Below, piece after piece: positions 16,715-24,150 of a stretch of 32,000 nt of DNA. Both the position numbers and the translations under genes were made by a program. The notes under the pieces were generated by a model. That model did no database searches. It saw only the letters and a list, made by a program, of their open reading frames with translations, and was not told where the DNA came from. How positions within the stretch are numbered: position 1 is the first letter of the stretch; every line of letters starts with the position of its first letter. The stretch covers positions 90,001 through 122,000 of the forward strand of contig NC_014972.1 in the NCBI RefSeq assembly GCF_000186885.1. The letters are read 5' to 3'. The stretch comes from Desulfobulbus propionicus DSM 2032 (GTDB taxonomy: Bacteria > Desulfobacterota > Desulfobulbia > Desulfobulbales > Desulfobulbaceae).

Positions 16715-16760
16715 GCCGACGGGCCGCTCCGGGTTGAGAGACGGCCCGTCGGTGCTTTTT
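16715..16760 (+). terminator. Intrinsic-terminator-like hairpin in the methyltransferase leader
   Basis: GCCGACGGGCCG / CGGCCCGTCGGT (11 of 12 bp) with a 15-nt loop, followed by GCTTTTT. It lies about 190 nt upstream of ATG 16951. Confidence 0.5.
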
Positions 16761-16950
16761 GGCACAAGAAGCAAAAACGGTGGCGCCCTGTCGCCACGCC
16801 GCCCGCCCCTGGCCGGACAAAGGGTCTGCCGCCGGGGAACAAAGCGCCCATTGCAGGGGAGCAAGGGCACCGCCCTCTCCAGACCACGCCTCGCCCTCAC
16901 CCGACACCAGCAGACCAGCTCGCGCCATCCATGACGAGACCACCGGCACC

Positions 16951-18462
16951 ATGATCGAGATCGACTACACCCACGGCTACTACCAAGAACTCAACCCGCT
17001 CCGGGCCAGGCTGGCGCTGCTGTTCGCGGGCCTCCATTGCCCGATCATGGACACGGCCTGCGAACTGGGCTTTGGCCAGGGGATGAGCATCAACCTGCAT
17101 GCCGCCGCCTCCCCGGTCGCGTGGCACGGCACGGACGCCAACCCGGCGCACGTCGCCTTTGCCCGCGAGATCGCGCGGGCCGCTGGCAGCGAGGCCCGGC
17201 TGGCGGCCGAACCGTTTGCCGAATACGCGGCCCGCCGCGATATGCCCGAATTCGACTTCATCGGCCTGCATGGGGTGTGGAGTTGGGTCTCGGCGGAGAA
17301 CAAGGCCCTCCTGGTTGATTTCATCCGCCGCCAGCTCAAACCGGGAGGCGTGGTCTACGTGAGCTACAACACCCTGCCCGGTTGGGCCGCGTTCGCGCCT
17401 ATGCGGCACCTGCTGGTCACGCACGCGGCGACCCTCGGCGCGGCCGGCCAGGGCATCGTCGAGCGTATCGACCAGGCCCTCGAATTTACCGAGGCCCTGC
17501 TGGCCGCAAAGCCCCTGTTCGCCGATCACCACCCCACCGCGGGACAGAAGCTGGCGCAGTGCAAGCGGCAGGATCGAGCCTACCTGGCGCACGAATTCTT
17601 CACCCGCGACTGGCAGCCCATGCACTTTGCCGAGATGGCCGCTAGCCTGGCGCCGGCCCTGCTCGACTTTGCCTGCTCGGCCCATTTTCCGGACCATCTC
17701 GACATGGTCAACCTCAACCAGGAGCAGCGGGCCTTTTTGGCGGAAATCCCGGATCCGGTTCTGCGCGAGGGGGTGCGGGACTTCTTTGTCAACCAGTGGT
17801 TCCGCCGCGACTACTGGGTCAAAGGGATGCGACGCCTACCCCCGGTCCGCCAAGCCGAACTGCTCACCGAGGCGCGGCTGGTGCTGCAGACCCCGCGCGC
17901 CGAGGTGGGCCTGCAGGTTCGAGGGGTGCTGGGGACGGCCGAGATGGACGGACGTATCTACGGACCGCTGCTCGACCAGCTGGCTGACCATCGACCGCGC
18001 AGCCTGGGCCAACTTGAGCGAAGTGTGTGCACCCCGGAGCTGACTCGAGCCCACCTGCACGAGGCGGTGCGGATCCTGGTCGCAGCCGGGCACCTGGCCC
18101 CGGTCCAGGAAGAGGCCGCAGTCAAGCGGGCGAGAAAACACACCGACCGCTGCAATGCCCACCTGCTGCACCAAGCTGGCTGCAGCGATGCGGTCGCCAT
18201 CCTCGTCTCACCGGTGACCGGCGGCGGCGTGCCGGTGGACCGTGTCGAGCAGCTGTTCCTGCTGGCCCTGACCCAGGGGCGCAGGCAGCCAGCGGAATGG
18301 GCTGCCCGGGCCTGGGAGACCCTGGTCGCGGAGGGGCGGCAACTCCTCCGCGAAGGTGTGGCCCTGGCGACCGCGGCGGACAACCTGGACGAACTCCATG
18401 CCCTGGCCGATCGTTTTGCGGCCCGGCGGCTGCCGGTCCTGCAGGCCCTGCAGGTGGTGTGA
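16951..18462 (+). CDS. Class I SAM-dependent methyltransferase with a C-terminal 'methyltransferase regulatory domain'
   Basis: Start placed at the internal ATG 16951 (MIEIDYTHGYYQELNP...). ACELGFGQGMS (SAM motif I), FDFIGLHGVWSWVS, LKPGGVVYVSYNTLPGW. The Pro/Ala/Arg-rich 64-aa upstream extension was rejected. Confidence 0.8.
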   Translation: MIEIDYTHGYYQELNPLRARLALLFAGLHCPIMDTACELGFGQGMSINLHAAASPVAWHGTDANPAHVAFAREIARAAGSEARLAAEPFAEYAARRDMPEFDFIGLHGVWSWVSAENKALLVDFIRRQLKPGGVVYVSYNTLPGWAAFAPMRHLLVTHAATLGAAGQGIVERIDQALEFTEALLAAKPLFADHHPTAGQKLAQCKRQDRAYLAHEFFTRDWQPMHFAEMAASLAPALLDFACSAHFPDHLDMVNLNQEQRAFLAEIPDPVLREGVRDFFVNQWFRRDYWVKGMRRLPPVRQAELLTEARLVLQTPRAEVGLQVRGVLGTAEMDGRIYGPLLDQLADHRPRSLGQLERSVCTPELTRAHLHEAVRILVAAGHLAPVQEEAAVKRARKHTDRCNAHLLHQAGCSDAVAILVSPVTGGGVPVDRVEQLFLLALTQGRRQPAEWAARAWETLVAEGRQLLREGVALATAADNLDELHALADRFAARRLPVLQALQVV

Positions 18463-18507
18463 CCCGTGGCCGGACCAAGCCGACGAACCCTTTGCCGTGA
18501 GACGACC

Positions 18508-18693
18508 ATGCCGACAAACACCGATCTGTCCTCCGTACCCGAGGGCGAGAACTTCCCGGCCGCGATGGCGGCGGACAGGTACCGCCAGTCCCGGCTGGGT
18601 GGTCCGCGGGTCATCCTCTACCTGCTCGCGGCCGACTTGGTGGTTGTGGCGGCCGCCATGGTGGGGGTGGTCTGCTGGTGGCTGCTGCGCTAG
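18508..18693 (+). CDS. 61-aa tail-anchored microprotein, copy 1
   Basis: ATG 18508. C-terminal TM LGGPRVILYLLAADLVVVAAAMVGVVCWWLLR. A paralogue with the same conserved C-terminal half sits at 21156-21329. The SD is weak. Confidence 0.45.
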   Translation: MPTNTDLSSVPEGENFPAAMAADRYRQSRLGGPRVILYLLAADLVVVAAAMVGVVCWWLLR

Positions 18694-18946
18694 CGGCCGT
18701 AGTGGCCTGTCATCATGACCGGGCAAGGGTTCGCCATCGGTCATTGTGCGAGCCAACGGCGTGCCAAGAATCCCCCAGAACGAGCCAGGTGGGCTGCCAG
18801 GACGCCTGGACGAAGGGTTCGTCCTGTTCGGCGGCGGCCGAGGAGCGACCCAAAAAACACTATCATGGCAAGATACGCAGCAGGCCGGATAGCCGACTTG
18901 GAGCAGAGACCGGCTTCGCGGAAAAGAACGCTTCCTCCCCCGCGAT

Positions 18947-18961
18947 TGGCATCGATCTTGG
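18947..18961 (+). promoter_or_regulatory. Sigma-54-like promoter with a degenerate -12 element, upstream of repeat gene A
   Basis: TGGCATCGATCTTGG is the paralogous site of 21588-21602 but has GG instead of GC at -12. Confidence 0.35.
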
Positions 18962-19050
18962 CCGGCCCCTGATGCTGAGGGCGAAAGTCCCCAGACGGTA
19001 CATTCGCCAGCAAACGGCGGGCCACTAAAAACAATCAAATGGAGCGAACA

Positions 19051-20852
19051 ATGAAGAAGCGATTTGTAGCCATCAGTCTCACCTTGGGCTCGCTGGCCCT
19101 GGCCGGCGGAGCCCAGGCCGAAACCCTGGTTGTCACTCAGAAGGTGACCGTGGGCAGTAACACGACCGTGACCCAGGGGGATCAGAACACTGCTGCCATT
19201 CAGGCCATGAACGCGGTCAATACTCTCGGTACGCTCAACGGGACCAGCCAGAAGGTGGAGATGGGCACCTACACCCTGGGCTTGAGCCAAACGGGGGCGA
19301 CAACAACCACTTCGTCCCAGGCCGCGAACACCGTCAAAGCCGACACCATAAGCGCAGCCTTTTCGCAGGAGGTGAACAGTACAGCCGCTGCCAGCGCCAT
19401 CGCGCTGACCCAGTCGGCGCAGGGCGTAGCGAATGTCCAGGCCCTCAACCTGGCTGGTGCAACCACGGTCGTTGGCAGTTCGGGTGCGTTCGCCCAGAAA
19501 GTGACGCCGACCGGGGCCGCTGGCGACATCACCTGACCCAGGTCACCGCCACGGGAAAGGACAGTGTGCAGGCGGCCAACGTCCTGGCCGGCACAACTGT
19601 TACCAGTGCGACGCAGGCAGTGGATAACGACACCACCGGCGCGGGGGATATCACCCTGGCACAGGCCACTGGTACCAGCAACATCTCCCAGGCCGTCAAT
19701 CACACCGAAGCAGGGACCATCACAGCCCTCAACCAGAACATCAACACCGTGGAGCTGGTGCTCGGTCAGACCGGCGGGAGCAAAAACTCGCAGGTGGGCA
19801 ACCATGCCAAGGCCCTCACCAATGTAACGACTCTCGCTCAGCAGACGAAAGCTTCCCGCAAGATCGACATGGATCAGGTCACTGGTGGCGATGGCAATCT
19901 GCAGGCACTCAACGCCGCCGAGGTGACCAAGGTCAGCGGTACGGTCTCCCAGACAGTCAGCACCGGCCTTACGAACATCGATCTCAAACAAGAACAGCAA
20001 ACAAGCAGCCAACAGACCGCCAACTACCTGACCTCTCCCGGCACCGTGGCCTCTGTCACCCAGGTCTCCTACTATAACAGCCCCAGAATAGCGACCCTGC
20101 TCCAGGACAACACGACTACCGCCCAGCAGGCCTTGAACTTCATAGAAATGACAGGTGGGGCTGATAAGCTCACCAAGGGAACCCAGACCGTGGGCCTTGC
20201 CACCCTGGACATGGGCCAGGGTGAGACGGGCGCCAACAGCGGCTCCGACCAGGCGGTGAACCTGCTCTTCTTGGACGACAACCTCGTCTTGGCAACGCAA
20301 ACAGTGACAGCGGACATTGATCTCACCCAGGCAAAAGGCGCGGATAACACCCAGGCCGTCAACTCCGTCTCCGGTAAGAACATCACCACCAAACTGACCC
20401 AGACGGTCACTGGCGTCAGCGATAACATGACCCAGGGCGGCGATGGGGCGAGCAATAACTTCCAGGCCGGCAACTTCCTGGATGTCGAGTATGCGAATGG
20501 CACCATCGCTTCCGTCCAGCAGAACTACAACGCCACCACCTTAGCGCGCATGAGGCAGGATGGGATCACTTCGGGCGTGCAGGGGCTGAACGTGATCGAC
20601 GCCTCGCGGTCGGGCGTAAAAGTGACCAGCGCGGACCAGAATGTGGTTGTACCGGCGCTGACCATGCGACAGGGGGAGAGCAAAGGGACTGCGACCAGCG
20701 TCCAGGCGGGGAACACGGTGCTCGCCGGATCCACCGCGGTTGGCGGCAAGGTTGATCAGGACGTGCTCGTCGCCACCACCCTGGCCATGACCCAGGCGAA
20801 CGCCACCACATCCACCCAGGCGGCCAACTTTACCGGCAACCGGCCGCGGTAA
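19051..20852 (+). pseudogene. Secreted Gln/Asn-ladder repeat protein, paralogue A, split by a 1-nt frameshift (frame 1 to the TGA at 19534-19536; continues in frame 0 from 19533)
   Basis: GGAG lies upstream of ATG 19051. Signal peptide MKKRFVAISLTLGSLALAGGAQA. Collinear with paralogue B throughout. ACC-TG here versus ACC-CTG in B explains the frame break. It could be a sequencing error or a genuine mutation. Confidence 0.7.
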
Positions 20853-20904
20853 CCCACTGACCAGGAGCCCGCCCAGGGGGATCGGGGCTGGCGTTGTTGT
20901 TGTC

Positions 20905-21111
20905 GTGGGCGAGAGAACGAGCGCCGACACCCTGGCGTGGCCGTTGGCGGCCCGGGCGGCCTGGGAGACCCTGGCCGCGGAGGGGCGGCAACTCCTTCGC
21001 GAGGGGGCGCCCCCGGCAATCGCGGCCGACAACCGGAACGAACTGCACACCCTGGCCGACCGATTTGCCGCCCGGCGGCTGCCGGTCCTGCAGGCCTTGC
21101 TGGTGGTGTGA
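20905..21111 (+). pseudogene. Relic of the methyltransferase C-terminus (duplication scar)
   Basis: AARAAWETLAAEGRQLLREG....AADN.NELHTLADRFAARRLPVLQALLVV parallels the last ~55 aa of 16951-18462. The rest of the gene is missing. Confidence 0.75.
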
Positions 21112-21155
21112 CCACAGCCCGGGCCGAGCCGACGAACCTCACTCGAGAGACGACC

Positions 21156-21329
21156 ATGCAGACCAATGCCGACCTGTGTTCCGTTCTTGAAAGCGAGACC
21201 GTCCCGACCGCGACGGATGGGGAACGCCGCGACCCACTGGGTGGTCCGCGGGTCATCCTTTACCTGCTGGTGGCCGACCTGTTACTCGTGGCCGCGGTCG
21301 GGGTGACCGCCTGGTGGCTGCTGCGCTAG
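21156..21329 (+). CDS. 57-aa tail-anchored microprotein, copy 2
   Basis: MQTNADL...LGGPRVILYLLVADLLLVAAVGVTAWWLLR, paralogous to 18508-18693 and in the same relative position. Confidence 0.45.
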   Translation: MQTNADLCSVLESETVPTATDGERRDPLGGPRVILYLLVADLLLVAAVGVTAWWLLR

Positions 21330-21587
21330 GGGGGCAGGGCGCGGACTGTCGTCTTGAGCGGTGGCGGAGGGAACCACCGTTCATTCTGAAAGACGGAAGC
21401 CGTGCGCAAGAACCTCGGAGCCGACCCATCAGCATCGGAGGAACGGCGATCCAGAATGCCGCACAAGTCGGAGGTGGTCGCGGAAAAGAGAAAAAATTCA
21501 GAAAAAAAGGAGGATGGGAAAGGAGCCGGCTTGTTGCCAGCGGTCTACAAGAAACTAAAAAGAAAAATGTCGTCTCTGTTCTCTGCC

Positions 21588-21602
21588 TGGCATCGATGTT
21601 GC
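21588..21602 (+). promoter_or_regulatory. Sigma-54 (-24/-12) promoter for repeat gene B
   Basis: TGGCATCGATGTTGC fits TGGCAY-N5-TTGC with exact GG-N10-GC spacing. It lies 82 nt upstream of ATG 21684. Confidence 0.6.
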
Positions 21603-21683
21603 CTTAGCGCTGACAGAGAGAAACGACAGCAGGAGTTACATCACCACAACACATAGCACCAAACCCTAAAAAAGGAGCAAAGT

Positions 21684-23474
21684 ATGAAAAAACGTTATGT
21701 CGCAATCAGCCTGACCCTGGGGTCGCTGGCCCTGGCCGGTGGAGCCCAGGCCGACACCTGGGACGTGACCCAGAAGGTGACCGTGGGCGCAAACACGACC
21801 GTGACCCAGGGGGACGGGAACACTTCCGCCACCCAGGCGATGAACGCCATCGACGTGGAGACCCTCAATGGCACCAGCCAGGCGGTTGAGATGGGGACTT
21901 TTACCTTGACCTTGACGCAAACGGGTGCGTCAACGGCTACTTCGAACCAGGCCGCCAACTATGTTCAAGCGGACACTATTTCTAAAGCCTTTTCGCAGGA
22001 CGTGAACAGTGCGGCGGCAGCCAGCGCCATCGCGCTGACCCAGTCGGCCGTCGGCACTGCCAATATCCAGGCGCTCAACATGGCCGACGGCGGAACGGTT
22101 GGCAGTACGGGAATATTCTCTCAGGAAGTCACCCCTACCGGAGCGGCAGGCGACATTACCCTGACGCAGACCACTACAATGGGCGCTGACAGTGTGCAGG
22201 CAGCGAACTATATCAACGGCACGACCATCACAAGTGCAATCCAGACAGTCGACAACGACAACACCGGTAACGGGGATATTGCCCTTGTGCAGCCGATCGG
22301 GACAGGAAGCATCACCCAGGCGGTCAACTATGCCACGGCTGAAACCATCACCTCGCTTGCGCAGAATATTAAAACCGTGGATCTCGTGCTTGGTCAGGCC
22401 GGCGGGACCAGCAATGTGCAGGTGGGGAACTATGCGCAGGCCACTACAGTCGTTGATACGCTTCTGTCACAGAAGACTGACGCTTCCGGCATGATCGACA
22501 TGGATCAGATCACCGCTGGCTCCGGCAATCTGCAGGCGGTCAATGCCGCGGATGTAAAATCGGTTACCGGCGCTGTCACCCAGGCGGCAACGACCGGCGC
22601 CACGAACATCAATCTTAACCAGAACAACCAGACTAACAGCCAGCAGTTCGTCAACTACCTGACCTCGACCGGAACGGTGGCCTCCGTCACGCAGGATTAC
22701 CTGAATAGCGGTAAGACCGCCACTCTTGTTCAGGACATGGCTACCGCCTCACAACAGGCACTGAACGCCATTGAAATGACTGGTGGCGCTGACGTGCTGA
22801 CCAAGGGAACGCAGACCGTGACCCTCGCCACCTTGAGCTTGAGCCAGGGGGAAACTGCCGATAACACGGGCTCCAGCCAGGCGGCTAACCTGCTTCTGTC
22901 GGGGAACGACATTGCTGAAGCGTCCCAGACAGTGACGGCGGATATCGATGTGACCCAAGAGCTGGGGACCGGTAACCTTCAGGCCGTTAACCTCGCAGCT
23001 GGCATTGACATAACCACCAGCCTCACCCAGACAATCAATGGTACATCCGATACTTTCGAGCAGGGCGGCACCGGCGCCGCAACCAACACCCAGGCTGGCA
23101 ACTACCTGGATGTCGGCGCAACTGGTACGGTTAAATCGGTGGTACAGGACTATAGCGCGACCGCCTCTGTCCTCATGGATCAGGATGATATCACGAGTGG
23201 CGTGCAGGGGTTGAACGTTATTGACGCCTCGGCATCTGGCGTGACGGTGACCAGTGCGGACCAGAACGTCACCGTTCCCTCCCTGACCATGCACCAGGGA
23301 CGGGACGTCGGGACGACAACCAGCGTCCAGGCCGGCAACGCGGTGATCACAGATGCCGTCGCCACCGGAGGCGCGGTCAATCAGGATGTAAGTGTCACCA
23401 CCCTGGCCATGACCCAGGCGAATGGCAACAAATCCATCCAGGCCGCCAACTATGTCGGCTCCATGCCCAATTAA
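21684..23474 (+). CDS. 596-aa secreted Gln/Asn-ladder repeat protein, paralogue B (candidate fibre or amyloid-like subunit)
   Basis: AAGGAG SD. Signal peptide MKKRYVAISLTLGSLALAGGAQA|DT. There are 15 Q-x-x-N motifs (mostly QAxN) spaced 34-43 aa apart (mean 38.2). T/Q/A/N/G-rich, no Cys. Confidence 0.85.
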   Translation: MKKRYVAISLTLGSLALAGGAQADTWDVTQKVTVGANTTVTQGDGNTSATQAMNAIDVETLNGTSQAVEMGTFTLTLTQTGASTATSNQAANYVQADTISKAFSQDVNSAAAASAIALTQSAVGTANIQALNMADGGTVGSTGIFSQEVTPTGAAGDITLTQTTTMGADSVQAANYINGTTITSAIQTVDNDNTGNGDIALVQPIGTGSITQAVNYATAETITSLAQNIKTVDLVLGQAGGTSNVQVGNYAQATTVVDTLLSQKTDASGMIDMDQITAGSGNLQAVNAADVKSVTGAVTQAATTGATNINLNQNNQTNSQQFVNYLTSTGTVASVTQDYLNSGKTATLVQDMATASQQALNAIEMTGGADVLTKGTQTVTLATLSLSQGETADNTGSSQAANLLLSGNDIAEASQTVTADIDVTQELGTGNLQAVNLAAGIDITTSLTQTINGTSDTFEQGGTGAATNTQAGNYLDVGATGTVKSVVQDYSATASVLMDQDDITSGVQGLNVIDASASGVTVTSADQNVTVPSLTMHQGRDVGTTTSVQAGNAVITDAVATGGAVNQDVSVTTLAMTQANGNKSIQAANYVGSMPN

Positions 23475-23487
23475 CCTATTTTCTGGT

Positions 23488-23527
23488 ACCAGCCCCGGGA
23501 AACCGGGGGGCTGGTGTTTCTGGTTTC
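23488..23527 (+). terminator. Rho-independent terminator after repeat gene B
   Basis: GC-rich hairpin ACCAGCCCCGG-gaaa-CCGGGGGGCTGGT followed by GTTTCTGGTTT. Confidence 0.6.
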
Positions 23528-23706
23528 GGGGAAGAGATGGCGGGCACCAGCTGGATCTGATTGAGCACCTGGCAATGGCCTGCGGAACTGAGGCCCCGTC
23601 AGTGGCTGGATTCAGGAGTATCACCGCCTCGCACCACGTGGCTCCACCGTCCTGCCCGGGATGTACAGCGGTGGGCGACAACAGTAACCGGCCGGAGGAA
23701 GGCCTC

Positions 23707-24150
23707 ATGCACAATCAGTGGCGAACACGTCCACCGGCACCACCCGTGCCTGGTCGACGCCCATGGAAAACCATCAGCCGGTTGAAGGCCTTTGCGCTCG
23801 TGGTGGCAGTCGTGCTGCTCGCACCGGACCCGGCCGCCAGCTCGATCCGCAACCGGCTGTCCCCCTCCTACCCGAGCATCCCGCCGGACTACACCGTGCT
23901 GCAGCCTGGCCGTATGGTGGCCGAGGCCAAGGTCGATTTCCCGGCCTACTACGTCGACCGCACCAACGGCTTCCGGGTGACCGCCCCGGATGGCCGACAA
24001 TTCGTGGTCGACAATGTCGAAAAGCCCAAATGCGCTTTCTACGGAACCTACATCAACAGCGAGGAGAACGCCCTCTCTAGTCCGGGCGCGGGCATGACCA
24101 TCAACAGTTCCGTCTACGTGGGGGAGGTAAATTTTGAAAACTGCAGGTAA
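23707..24150 (+). CDS. 147-aa secreted or membrane-anchored hypothetical protein (possible secretion accessory factor)
   Basis: GGAGGA lies upstream of ATG 23707. Hydrophobic segment AFALVVAVVLLAP after a basic N-terminus. Overlaps the next gene by 17 nt. Confidence 0.55.
   Translation: MHNQWRTRPPAPPVPGRRPWKTISRLKAFALVVAVVLLAPDPAASSIRNRLSPSYPSIPPDYTVLQPGRMVAEAKVDFPAYYVDRTNGFRVTAPDGRQFVVDNVEKPKCAFYGTYINSEENALSSPGAGMTINSSVYVGEVNFENCR

Noticed and set aside
16760-16773. TGGCACAAGAAGCA as a sigma-54 promoter
   Set aside because: The GG to GC spacing is 8 nt rather than the required 10.
16759-16950. 64-aa N-terminal extension of the methyltransferase ORF
   Set aside because: The extension is Pro/Ala/Arg-rich and non-homologous, and it starts within the tail of the terminator-like hairpin feature. 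The family-typical N-terminus (IDYTHGYYQELNP) begins right after ATG 16951.
19269-20300. 343-aa minus-strand ORF (and 22749-23714, 321 aa) antisense to the repeat-protein genes
   Set aside because: The plus-strand frames have signal peptides, SD sequences, a regular 38-aa periodicity and paralogy. The antisense frames have none of these.
23570-23583. TGGCAATGGCCTGC as a sigma-54 promoter for the 147-aa/CsgG-like operon
   Set aside because: The GG-N9-GC spacing is one short of consensus. I kept it only as a note. The promoter for this operon remains unidentified.
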